From sequence record PV340851.1: a stretch of 64,000 nt of DNA. One strand, 5' to 3'. Positions within the stretch are counted from its first letter, which is position 1. Each line of letters starts with the position of its first letter. The notes below the pieces were generated by a model. That model did not search any database and was not told where the DNA came from. It was given only the letters and a program-made list of their open reading frames with translations. Position numbers and translations under genes: made by a program. Positions 37,678-48,400 of this stretch are shown here, piece after piece.

Positions 37678-37838
37678 AATACTTAGAAAGGATTCAGAAG
37701 CAAGGACAACAGCGCATGGATGTGTGCAAGATTTGTCCAGAGTTCAAACCATCCACTGGACAGTGTAAACAGTGTGGTTGCTTTATGAGAGCAAAAGTAT
37801 TACTTCCCATGCAAGCATGTCCCATTGGTAAATGGTAG
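37674..37838 (+). CDS. Small Cys-rich protein (54 aa, DUF6171-like), absent from the ORF track
   Basis: MKYLERIQKQGQQRMDVCKICPEFKPSTGQCKQCGCFMRAKVLLPMQACPIGKW; coupled on both sides. Confidence 0.75.
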   Translation: MKYLERIQKQGQQRMDVCKICPEFKPSTGQCKQCGCFMRAKVLLPMQACPIGKW

Positions 37839-40800
37839 ATGACACAAGACAATCAATGGAATACTAGAAGACCTAACTACCAAGCATTTAGTGGTCAGTA
37901 TAACGAAGGTGCTTGGTCCACTGAGATGAACCTATATAACGTCGGTGGTTCCGACCCTGGCGGTACTCCAGGTCCCAACAGATCATTTTCATGGCCAATC
38001 ACATTTTCTAATGATGGTAGGCAGAAGTTTGATACTGCTGTGGATGATAGTGGGGTGTGTTCTATTCAGGGATATGGCACTCAGTTTAACTTGGGTGGTT
38101 TTAATGCATGGACTAGAAGAACAACATCAGATTATATTCCTGCGGGGTCTTATATTATTACAATGACCACCAATAACGGTGGTGGTGGACCATGGGGTGT
38201 GGCAGCAGATTGGGTTGGATATGATCCAATCCCAGCACCAAGCTTGGATCAACCTAGTGTCAGTGGTCTTTACAACGGATATATTCTGAGAGGTACGTCT
38301 GTTGAAGTTCAGTTTAGAGTATCTTATTTGGATGCTCAGGTTAGTAGTACCAGTGTCATTGACTTTGAAAATGGTGAATATAGTACCACAACATCTGGTA
38401 GGTATCGTTATATAAATTTAAGCACTAGCAGTTCAGATACAGCTAATAGTTATACTTTTGAAGGACGCACGACCACCAGTGGAGGAACATCCTCTATTAA
38501 TATTGGTACGTACTATCTTGCTACTGCAATTTCATTAAATCAATTTGTTATTACTGGAACTACACAAAGAATTGGTAATGATCTATATGCTGATGTTAAT
38601 AGTACGTTGTCATTTAGTTGGACAGTAAATGGATCTGTTTCCACAGTTACTTTTGATGGTGGTAGTTATAGTGCTAGTGATAGTGTTACTGGAACGCAGT
38701 ATACTAGTACATCTTCTACTAAGACAATAACATTCCAGGCAGTTGGTCTAGCAGGTGATAGTCTCACTGAAACATTTACTGTATATGTAAATCCATCATA
38801 TAATTTAGTTTCTGACTACGGTATACTTCTTGCTGAAGATGATGCTTTTGGCAATAGTGCTAGTTATAGTTTTACATTTACAGCAGATGGTCCTGCTTCT
38901 GGTACAACATATTATTGGGATATTGGATACGTATCTACAACTACAAATACATATGACTTTATTCAACCTGAAAGTGGTAGTTTCTCAATCAATGGATCAG
39001 GAGTAGGAACATTTAACATTGGTATTGCTGCTGACTTAGCAGCAGAAGGAACAGAGACATTTACTGTTTATGTTAGAGATAGTGCTGGTGGTACTGTTCT
39101 AAAAGAAAGGACTCTAGAAATTAGTGATACTTCTGTTGACGTTGCAGTCTATGACTTGACAACCGATAACAGTATCATGGTTGAAAATGATACTGTCACT
39201 GCTACATTTTCTTGTGTTAACATTGCTGTAGGAACATCATTTGCATGGTATATTGATCATGATACCTCAAATTCTCAGGATTTCGTTACTACCAATGGTA
39301 CATTTACTGCTCCTAATCCAACAGGATCTAATGGAGAACAGTTTGTAGATTTCAATATCAGTACAGTTAATGATTTCTCTACAGAAGGAGATGAATTCTT
39401 TGATGTTGTTGTTACTAGAAATTCAATAGAGGTAGCAAGAACACCAGTTCAAGTTAAGATTGAAGATACTTCTAAAGAAGCAATATATGATCTAGATCCA
39501 GGAAGTTTAACACTCACTGAGTCTGGATTTTTGGCATGCCAAGTTTCTACTCAGTACGTACCTAATAATACTCAACTTTATTGGACTATTAATCATATTA
39601 CTACAACTGCAGCTGAATTTGGTGCAAGTCAGGGAATTTTTAATATTCAAAGTAATTCTGGTTCATTCACAATTACTCCAGTTGCGGATTCTGTAACTGA
39701 GAATGTAAAAACATTTTCAATTCAAATTAGGACAGGTGGATATACTGGTACAATTGTAGAAACTTCTGCTGTTATTTCATTAACTGATGGTGTTACTTAT
39801 AATTTGACATTGGCAGAGGGATCATCATTTACTTTTACTTCATCTGGTCAAGTATACATTCCTTTGTTCACATCAACTATAGCGGTTGACGTTGCTGCTG
39901 AAGGTGGTGAAGGTGCTACTGTTAGTGGATCTTCATATACAAATAATTTGAGTGGTGCTGATGCATCTATCATGACATTAACAGCAAACGGAGGTTCTGC
40001 TGCTAATCAAAATATTGGTGGTAACGGTGGAGGTTATCAGGGTGATGGAACTCAAAGTTTTATTGGTGGTAACGGTGGCAATGGAACTCCAGGTGCAGGC
40101 GGTGGAGGTGCAGGTCTTGCAGGATCTGGTAGTGGATTTGGTGGCGTAGGATCTGCTGGTAATACTAGTTCTTATAGTGTAGGTTATTCTTATTGGTACT
40201 TTGCTGGCAATACTAATAACTGTTATAGTTGTAATTGTGCTGCATATGCAGGCGAAGCTCGTGGATGTCATACAGCACCAGATCCTGCTGGATGTGGTAG
40301 ACCTAATGGTTGGAGATGTATTTGTGCATGTTGGAAGATTGCCTATGGATCTAACACATACTATACTGCATCTGGTGGCGGTGGACAAGGTGGTTCTACC
40401 AGAAAAACATATAGCAGGTCTGATCTTTCAAATTTTGGATATCTAGATTCAATTCAATCATTTTCTGTAAATGATGGTGGTAATAGTTTGAATAATGGAT
40501 ACATCAGTATGGTTTTTGATTATGTTATTCCTCAAGTCACTATCACAAGTGCTGATGCTACCCTTATCAATGGAGAATCTAGTACAATTACATGGTCCTC
40601 TACAGATGCAGTCAGTCAATCATTGTATACAAATAGTGTCTTTTCTGGTTCGGTTAATAGCACTGGTTCTCTAGTAGTTTCTCCAAGTGTTACCACCACA
40701 TATAAAATTGAATCTACAGCATATGACACACCTTCAGATGATCGATCTGCAGAAGTTACTATAACTGTATATCAACCACCTTCGATTGCTCTTAGTTTTA

Positions 40801-41561
40801 ATAATAATCCTATTATTAGGGGACAGAATTCTATTCTAACTTGGTTGGTTCAGGGTGATGTATCTACTGTAGTTTTTGATCAAGCTATAGGAAGTCAAAA
40901 TTTGTCTGGAGATATTACTGTTGCTCCAGTAGAAACAACAACCTATTCAGTAACTGTTCAAGGTCTAGGTGGTACACTAACAGACTCTATTACTCTCACT
41001 GTTTATCAATTACCAACACTTGCTGTTATATTCCCAAGTACATTTGCTTATACTTATGGTGTTGATCAACCTATTACAGTAACAACTGATTATGCAAATA
41101 CTCTTGTTCAAATCCAGATGACTTATAGTTATCAGGATGGTACACAGGTAGTTCAAACTACACCATTAACACCAAATTCTTCTGCATCTGTTAGTAATCC
41201 ACTAACACAGACTGCTACTCCTACAGTTCCATGGAATAGTTTGGGACCTGAAAATATTGCAATTTTGGTACAAGTTCAAGGTGGTGGAGGTTCTGCAACA
41301 AGTAACACTGTATCAAGAGCAGTTAGTATTGACAGAACACCTGATTCTTTCAATATTCCTGCAAGTTTGGAGAAAGAACCAGGCGAAGAACCTATCTTTG
41401 CTCCAGAAGATGATGTAATTGTTAGCAATCCAATTACAATTAATGATATAGATATACCAGTAGAGATCAAAGCAAATAAACCTATTCAGGTACGCTTTGA
41501 CGATGAAGATCCCCAAGAGCCCGAAAGTTGGCACGATGTCAGACAAATGGGAGGTAACTAA
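37839..41561 (+). CDS. Multi-domain fibre adhesin (lectin-like N-terminus, Calx-beta-like repeats, glycine-rich domain, shared C-terminal module)
   Basis: EGTETF/EGDEFF/ENVKTF Calx-beta-like repeats, poly-Gly, SPSVTTTY Ig repeats, C-terminal DIDIPVEIKANKPIQVRFDD. Confidence 0.7.
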   Translation: MTQDNQWNTRRPNYQAFSGQYNEGAWSTEMNLYNVGGSDPGGTPGPNRSFSWPITFSNDGRQKFDTAVDDSGVCSIQGYGTQFNLGGFNAWTRRTTSDYIPAGSYIITMTTNNGGGGPWGVAADWVGYDPIPAPSLDQPSVSGLYNGYILRGTSVEVQFRVSYLDAQVSSTSVIDFENGEYSTTTSGRYRYINLSTSSSDTANSYTFEGRTTTSGGTSSINIGTYYLATAISLNQFVITGTTQRIGNDLYADVNSTLSFSWTVNGSVSTVTFDGGSYSASDSVTGTQYTSTSSTKTITFQAVGLAGDSLTETFTVYVNPSYNLVSDYGILLAEDDAFGNSASYSFTFTADGPASGTTYYWDIGYVSTTTNTYDFIQPESGSFSINGSGVGTFNIGIAADLAAEGTETFTVYVRDSAGGTVLKERTLEISDTSVDVAVYDLTTDNSIMVENDTVTATFSCVNIAVGTSFAWYIDHDTSNSQDFVTTNGTFTAPNPTGSNGEQFVDFNISTVNDFSTEGDEFFDVVVTRNSIEVARTPVQVKIEDTSKEAIYDLDPGSLTLTESGFLACQVSTQYVPNNTQLYWTINHITTTAAEFGASQGIFNIQSNSGSFTITPVADSVTENVKTFSIQIRTGGYTGTIVETSAVISLTDGVTYNLTLAEGSSFTFTSSGQVYIPLFTSTIAVDVAAEGGEGATVSGSSYTNNLSGADASIMTLTANGGSAANQNIGGNGGGYQGDGTQSFIGGNGGNGTPGAGGGGAGLAGSGSGFGGVGSAGNTSSYSVGYSYWYFAGNTNNCYSCNCAAYAGEARGCHTAPDPAGCGRPNGWRCICACWKIAYGSNTYYTASGGGGQGGSTRKTYSRSDLSNFGYLDSIQSFSVNDGGNSLNNGYISMVFDYVIPQVTITSADATLINGESSTITWSSTDAVSQSLYTNSVFSGSVNSTGSLVVSPSVTTTYKIESTAYDTPSDDRSAEVTITVYQPPSIALSFNNNPIIRGQNSILTWLVQGDVSTVVFDQAIGSQNLSGDITVAPVETTTYSVTVQGLGGTLTDSITLTVYQLPTLAVIFPSTFAYTYGVDQPITVTTDYANTLVQIQMTYSYQDGTQVVQTTPLTPNSSASVSNPLTQTATPTVPWNSLGPENIAILVQVQGGGGSATSNTVSRAVSIDRTPDSFNIPASLEKEPGEEPIFAPEDDVIVSNPITINDIDIPVEIKANKPIQVRFDDEDPQEPESWHDVRQMGGN

Positions 41562-41563
41562 TA

Positions 41564-43642
41564 ATGCCAACATTTACTTACACAACTAATAACGATCTAA
41601 CTGTACCAGCAAATGCAAAGGATGTAAAAATTAAAGTATGGGCAGAGAAGGGCAGCGATGCTCCTGGTGGTAATTCTGGAAATGGTGGTAGAGGTCGCCG
41701 AGGTACATTTACATTTGACACTGATTATGTGGAGAGACAATTGTCTTTTCACATGGCAGATAATGGTGGATCTGGTGGCAGTGGTGGAAATTTTAACATC
41801 ACTACAACAGTATCTAAGACTTGTCAGGGTACACAGCAAGCAACATCTAATATTAGTGTAAAATTTAAAATTCAGAATAGAAGTGCTAATATTAAAGTAA
41901 ATGGTCAGGGTAGTGCAAACATAAAAATCCAAGGCAACGCAGATGATAGTCCAAACACTGCTGGTGTTTGTTTTAATTCCGCTAACATTAGTGCTATTGG
42001 TGCTAATTGGAATTTTAATGGTGGTAGCATGAGTCGTGCTCAGCGCGGTGTTTTTGAACCAGGAGAATATGGTTTTAGTTTTAGTGGACTAAGAAAAAAT
42101 CTCAAGGGCAATAATAATCAGATTAAGTTGAGAGATGGTGACGGTAATGATACTAATGGTGAGTTCAACATCCAGAACGTCACTCAGAAAAACTATACTC
42201 AGACTTATAACTATGATTGCTCTTATCAAGTAACCACTGAATATAGTGGTCGCCCTGGTGGTGATGGTGGCCGCGGCGTTGCAGTAAAACAAAGTGGTAT
42301 GATGATTATCTCTGCTGGAGGCGGAGGTGGTGGAGGTGGTGGTAGCACCTATAATCAACCTGGCACAAATGGAACCAATGCAGGTGGTTGGTCTGCTTTA
42401 ACTAGTGGTCTCAGTCGTAATACAGGAGCGTCAGGAGCAAGTAGTAACCGTGGAGGCGGTGGAGGAGGCGGCGGTGGTAACCCTCGCGGTTCTGGTGGTT
42501 CTAAACGTGCTGGTGGAAGTGGTGCTGGATCATCGTATCGTAGTGATCAGATCACTCTCATTTCACAAGGAACTAGGAATGGTAGTGCTGCTGTAGAAGT
42601 ATCATATGAGTTAGTTAATCCAGTAATTAATTCTTTCACTACCAATAAAACCACACTAATCAATACTGGTAGTCAAGTTGCAACTTTACAATGGGATACC
42701 TCATTTGCATTTGAAGGTGTAACACTCAATTTCACTGCTGTCAGTGAAGATAGTACAGGATATAATGTATCTCCTACAACAACTACTGATTATACTTTAC
42801 GTGCTAATGGTCCAGGTGGCATAACAGTACAGCAAAGTCTGACTATTACTGTATACCAACCACCAAGTATTAGTTTCAGTGCAAGTCCATCTACCATTAT
42901 TAATAATGGCAGTAGTACATCAACTCTAGAGTGGATTGTCGGTGGTGATGTAGACACAGTAACTATTGACCAAGGTATAGGTGCAGTTCTTATCTCTAGT
43001 CAAACAACAGTTCGACCTACATCTACTACAACATATACTTTGTCTGCTAGTGGGTTAGGTGGTTCTGCTACTGATTCGCTTACTGTAACTGTATATCAAT
43101 TACCACAACTATCTGTTACTTGGCCAGATGAGTTTTCCTATGAATATGGTGTCGATAATGATGTTGTAGTAACCAATAGATATATCAATAATTCGTTAGT
43201 ATTGTATGCCACATACAATTATCAAGATGGTACTCAGCAGAATGAATCATTTACTTTAACTAAAAATGCTAGTGCAGAATCTGGTGCAGAAATAACACAA
43301 ACCATCAAACCACATATTAATTGGAATAATCAGGGACCTATTAGTATTGCATTCTCATTGCAAGGTCAAGGTTCTGGTGGTACTAAAACACTAACATCAT
43401 TCTTTATTACATTGATTGACAGAACTCCTGTATACATTAATATTCCAAAGACAGAAGAAGCAGCACCAGCTGAGGAACCTATCTTTTCTCCAGATGAAGA
43501 ATCTGTAGTTAGTGAACCATTACTGGTTGATGATATAGATATTCCAGTAGAGATTAAAGCAAATCGTCCTATCTTAGTTAGATTCGATGATGATGATCCA
43601 CAATCTGAGACCAATTGGTATCAAGTTAGGCAGAGAACATAA
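41564..43642 (+). CDS. Glycine-rich fibre adhesin, paralog 2
   Basis: Poly-Gly domain, SPTTTTDY Ig repeats, C-terminal DIDIPVEIKANRPILVRFDD. Confidence 0.7.
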   Translation: MPTFTYTTNNDLTVPANAKDVKIKVWAEKGSDAPGGNSGNGGRGRRGTFTFDTDYVERQLSFHMADNGGSGGSGGNFNITTTVSKTCQGTQQATSNISVKFKIQNRSANIKVNGQGSANIKIQGNADDSPNTAGVCFNSANISAIGANWNFNGGSMSRAQRGVFEPGEYGFSFSGLRKNLKGNNNQIKLRDGDGNDTNGEFNIQNVTQKNYTQTYNYDCSYQVTTEYSGRPGGDGGRGVAVKQSGMMIISAGGGGGGGGGSTYNQPGTNGTNAGGWSALTSGLSRNTGASGASSNRGGGGGGGGGNPRGSGGSKRAGGSGAGSSYRSDQITLISQGTRNGSAAVEVSYELVNPVINSFTTNKTTLINTGSQVATLQWDTSFAFEGVTLNFTAVSEDSTGYNVSPTTTTDYTLRANGPGGITVQQSLTITVYQPPSISFSASPSTIINNGSSTSTLEWIVGGDVDTVTIDQGIGAVLISSQTTVRPTSTTTYTLSASGLGGSATDSLTVTVYQLPQLSVTWPDEFSYEYGVDNDVVVTNRYINNSLVLYATYNYQDGTQQNESFTLTKNASAESGAEITQTIKPHINWNNQGPISIAFSLQGQGSGGTKTLTSFFITLIDRTPVYINIPKTEEAAPAEEPIFSPDEESVVSEPLLVDDIDIPVEIKANRPILVRFDDDDPQSETNWYQVRQRT

Positions 43643-45417
43643 TGTCAAATCAAACTATTCTTACAACATTTGCATTCGGCGGTACTTCAGGAACTATTCC
43701 TGGTGGTGCCATTAACATTCAGATGGTAATTGGTGGTGGAAGAGGTGGTACTGGTGGTTCTGATGCTGGTGGTCCTGGTGGAGCATTCGGTTTAGGTAGA
43801 GAAGGTTTGTTTAGTATTCCTACATCAAGTTCTGCTAGATCATGGTCAGGATACCCTGGTTACAGGGGACAAAATGGTCCTGGTGGATCTGGTGCTGTTA
43901 ATGGTGGTCCTGGTGGACAAAATGGACCTATTAATGGTGACGGCGGTCTGGGCGGCGCTGACGGCACTAGTGGATGGTCTGGGTGTGGAGCAGGTGGAGG
44001 TGCCGCTGGTGGTTTCTACCTCTCTGGGACGCTTGTAGCAGTCGCTGGAGGCGGCGGAGGCGGTGGCGGTGGTTCCTATTCCTGTGGCGGCGCTCAACGT
44101 CCAGGGGGCACTGGAGGTGCTGGAGGAGGATTCGCTGGAGTCACTGGCAATATAAGTCTTAGCAATGGCGGCAATGGTGCTAACAAAGGTGGTGGAGACG
44201 GTGGCGGTGGTGGCGCTGGAGGCGGTGGTGCAGGCGGCGGCAATGGTGGTGGTGCTGGACAAGACTGCCAGTTCGGCGGTGGCGGAGGCGGTGGAGGTGG
44301 ATCCCAATACCGCAGTGATGTAATTAATTTTATTTCTCAAGGTCAAACAAGTGGCGATGGCGGTGGGTATGTTTCATATCAACTAAGAATAGCAGAAATT
44401 AATAGTTTTACAGTCGATGACACACCCATTATTTCTGGTCAGTTAACTACATTAAGATGGTCTGTTACTGATTCAAATTCACAGAGCATTACTCCATCCG
44501 TTGGCGGTGTAGGTTCAAGCGGATCAACAGTTATTGCACCAACACAAACAACAGATTATCTATTAACTGCTTACGGAGATGGTGGTAATGACACCCAACA
44601 GGTTACCGTTACGGTATATGACCCAGTTGCTTGTAGTATTACTGCAGCTCCTGCATCTATGACTGTTGGAAATGGTACTACATTACAGTGGTCGGTTACT
44701 GGTAGTACCTCAGGTGCTGCAACAATTGATCAAGGTATCGGTGCAGTTCTTAATAGTAGTTTCACTGTAGTTTATCCTACGACCACAACAACGTATACAT
44801 TATCTGCTAGTGGTCCTGGTGGTTCTGATACTGATTCTGTAACTGTATTCGTGTGGCAATATCCACAGATAACATGTCAGTTCCCAAATGATATTGATTA
44901 CAACCAATCAATTACTTTACCTGTTACATACAGATATGCATCCCAAGGTGTTTCTATTATAGAAACATATACGATGAGAGATCCTACAGGTGTCAATGAA
45001 TTTATTCAGGTAACTAACAATTCATCTCTTCCTGCTGCAGGACCAGATGACAGTGGTGAAGAAGTTACTAATGATTTTACACCTGCAATTCCATGGGGAA
45101 TTCATGGTCCATTTAATGTTCAGTTTTCAATGACTGCTAATGGTAATGGTGGCAACACTCCTTTGGGATCCGTAGTGATACCAGTTAATATCGATAGAAT
45201 ACCAAATAATATTAATATTCCAAAATCAGATGATGAAAACCCAGGCGAACCAATTGTTATTGCACCACCTGAAGAAATTGTTCTAAGTGATCCTATTGTG
45301 ATTGAAGGTGTTGATATTCCTGTGGAAATCAAAGCAAATAAACCGATCCAAGTTAAATTTGATGATGCTGATCCAAACATAGAATCTAGTTGGTATAGTG
45401 TTAGAGAGAGCGACTAA
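43642..45417 (+). CDS. Glycine-rich fibre adhesin, paralog 3
   Basis: Poly-Gly domain, APTQTTDY Ig repeats, C-terminal GVDIPVEIKANKPIQVKFDD. Confidence 0.7.
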   Translation: MSNQTILTTFAFGGTSGTIPGGAINIQMVIGGGRGGTGGSDAGGPGGAFGLGREGLFSIPTSSSARSWSGYPGYRGQNGPGGSGAVNGGPGGQNGPINGDGGLGGADGTSGWSGCGAGGGAAGGFYLSGTLVAVAGGGGGGGGGSYSCGGAQRPGGTGGAGGGFAGVTGNISLSNGGNGANKGGGDGGGGGAGGGGAGGGNGGGAGQDCQFGGGGGGGGGSQYRSDVINFISQGQTSGDGGGYVSYQLRIAEINSFTVDDTPIISGQLTTLRWSVTDSNSQSITPSVGGVGSSGSTVIAPTQTTDYLLTAYGDGGNDTQQVTVTVYDPVACSITAAPASMTVGNGTTLQWSVTGSTSGAATIDQGIGAVLNSSFTVVYPTTTTTYTLSASGPGGSDTDSVTVFVWQYPQITCQFPNDIDYNQSITLPVTYRYASQGVSIIETYTMRDPTGVNEFIQVTNNSSLPAAGPDDSGEEVTNDFTPAIPWGIHGPFNVQFSMTANGNGGNTPLGSVVIPVNIDRIPNNINIPKSDDENPGEPIVIAPPEEIVLSDPIVIEGVDIPVEIKANKPIQVKFDDADPNIESSWYSVRESD

Positions 45418-45453
45418 ATAATACGTGGCTAAATTTCCGAAACTTAAGACGTA

Positions 45454-48400
45454 ATGCCAACTTATCAGTATTCAAATACACCACTATACGTATCCGAAGG
45501 GCAAACAGTCCAGTTTCGCTATGAAGCTCCTGCGAACTTTGATACCGTTGAACAGGTAATCATCCAGATTGGTGATTCTACTTCGTTCTGGGTGATTGAA
45601 ACTATTCCAGAAGATACTGCGCCTGATCCTTATATTCTGCGACAAATCAATCCCGCAGATATTCATGATCCAGATAATGGTAATCCTGCTGTCTATACGT
45701 ATGCAGAAACATCTGCTGGACCTGATGCAGCACCAGTGGGTGGTGGTGGATTAGCAACACCACTGAGAAATGGTGAAGAAGTAATTACAGTCAATGGTCT
45801 ATCTGATACAGTATCAGTTAATCTTATTATTAGTAGTAATGGTCTAGATCAAACAGAATGGGCGTGGAGAGTTAGAAATTGGAACGGATCTTCTTACGAT
45901 GCATGGCCTGTATTTACTACTGGTAATAACTTTCCAAACCCAGTTCCTACAGTAAAGAACAACGATCAAGTTCAAGTTAGGGTTGCATCATCTAAATTCC
46001 CAGCAGATACCAGAAGACTAACTGTTACTATTGGTTCTGGATCAGAAGATTGGGAAATTATTACTGGTTCTGCACCTATCAATACACCCAATCCAGTTCC
46101 AGTATTCAATGGACTGAATAATCTCAATCTTCAGGATGTTGTTTATAGTAATATTGTACAAATCTCTGGACTAACGGCAACAACTGCTGATGTTAGTATT
46201 GTTCCTACTACAGGTTCATTTGCTATCGCTAATAGTAATGCTACTACAACAAACGCAGATAACTTTGATGTACTAACTGGTGCTACATTTTCAAATACTG
46301 GTGCTATTAGTAATGGACAATACTTACAACTCAAAGGTACAGCATCAAATACTCCCAATACACCAGTAAACTATTCTATTTCTATTGGTAGTGGTAGTGA
46401 TATTGCTGGATGGGAAATTAGAACTGGTCAAGGTATTGATGAGACACCTAATAACTTTATCTTTACTGATTTGGTTGAGCAGGTTCCTGGTACTCAGAAT
46501 ATATTGTCTGAAATTGAGACTATTTCTGGTCTAACTCCTGGCATTACTGTTCCTCTCACTATTAGAGGCACTGATCCACAAGAAGCAAATCCAAGAATTA
46601 AAGTTAACTCTGGTTCTACTGCTAGTATTTCTAATATTTTTGTGGGCAACGGTGATACCATTCAGTTGGTTATGAATGCACACCCTGAGTTACCTGTTGC
46701 ACCAGAGACAAGAACATCCTATGTTGGTATCAATATAGGTAATTTGCAAATATCAAACTGGAATATTTCTAATTGGTATGGTCCTGATGATACCCCAACT
46801 TTTGTTGTGCCATCTGATGCAGTTAATCAAACTCCAGGCGGCACTGGTGTTCTAGGACCAATTTTATTGAGTGGATATAACGTTCCTATTACTGCTTCTA
46901 TTACTACACCAATTGCATATGATGCGGGTGGTAATCCAACAGGCGAAGTAATAAATCCTATTCGTATGTCTGTTAATGGCGGTCCTATTCTGAACTTGCC
47001 TGCAACTATTCCTAATGATCCATCAGGTAATCCTGTTTCGATCATGTTCTTTACAGATCAACCAGGAAATGCTGAGGTAGATCCTGTGCAAGGACTATCG
47101 CACTATCTTGAGTGGGACATTACATTTGGTACGGCAGCAACTTTTACTGTCAAATCAATTAACTATGCAGTTAAACCTATTCCTCCTGCATTTATTGGTA
47201 AGTGGTATACTAATAAGAATGAATTCTTTGATGAAGTAGCATATCAGGCAGCAGGATCACCAGTTGCTAATGCTACTGATTACTACACAGCAACTAAGTT
47301 TGATGGTCTAGCATTAGGTACAGTTGTTCCTGTAACCAAAGAAAATATTAGTGGATATGGTGATCTAGAAGCAAGATATCCTGGTTTCCTTGAGTGCGAT
47401 GGTCAGCAAGTTAATGCAGCAGATTATCCATTCCTATGGGAGGTGATTAAAAACACATATGGTGGAGATGGAGCATATAATGAAGTAAGCAAAGCATATA
47501 CAGGAACATTTAATGTTCCTGACTATAGAAACAAGAGAATGGCAGGTAAGGGCATTGTTGATGCAACTAGAGGTGCATCTTCATTCTTGGAAGCAACTAA
47601 TGCAGGAGGATCTTATGACATTGTTGGATCTACTGGTGGTTATTGGTACGTGTCTGATGTGGGTGTTGCTGGTCCTGATCCTTTAGAGCAGGTTAGTACA
47701 ACTGCTGGTGCAAACGTTGGTACAGAGTCTGAGTTCTATGTACTAGGAACACCAAGAACATTTGGTACTGAAACTACTAGTGCTGAGGTAGAGTTTTCGG
47801 TCACAGGTCTGGTTACTGCTACTATTGGTCCTGTTCGTGATGTTAGAGTTATAGTTCCACCACATGAACACTACTATATTACAGGTCAACCTGAACAATT
47901 TAATGGTGACCCTGTTATTCCATGGAATACACCTGCACTGTATAAGACTGGTCAAAGTGGTGGTGGTAACTCTGGAGAAATTTCTGACGAACCATCATCC
48001 GATGCAGTTTATAGTATCTGGCAAGGTGGTACTGTAAACTTTGGTGGAAATAATACTGCTGCTGAATTTGATACTCAAATTGGTCTAACTGATGGTGGAA
48101 ATCTTAGAGATATTCTCCCATTGGGTCCTGAAGGTTCTAGCACCCAGGCAGTGTTTGGTAACTACTGGGCATCACCTACTAGTATTCTGCCTAATGGTAA
48201 TGGATATTTCAGAAAAGACGGTGGTACACTAAATGATGCTGGTGTTGTTGACACATCAGAAGCACAAGGTAGACTAGATTCATATGTTTCACCAGAAGCA
48301 GAAGCAACACACTCTCACCTGTTGGGTACAGATCCTGTACTAGATCAGAATACTGATTTTACATATGGTAACGCTAACGCATTTGGTGGATCACTCAAAG

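Noticed and set aside
44040-44300. GC-rich GGC/GGT/GGA tandem runs resembling a microsatellite or CRISPR-like array
   Set aside because: They encode in-frame poly-glycine with synonymous variation; there is no repeat-spacer periodicity and no cas genes.
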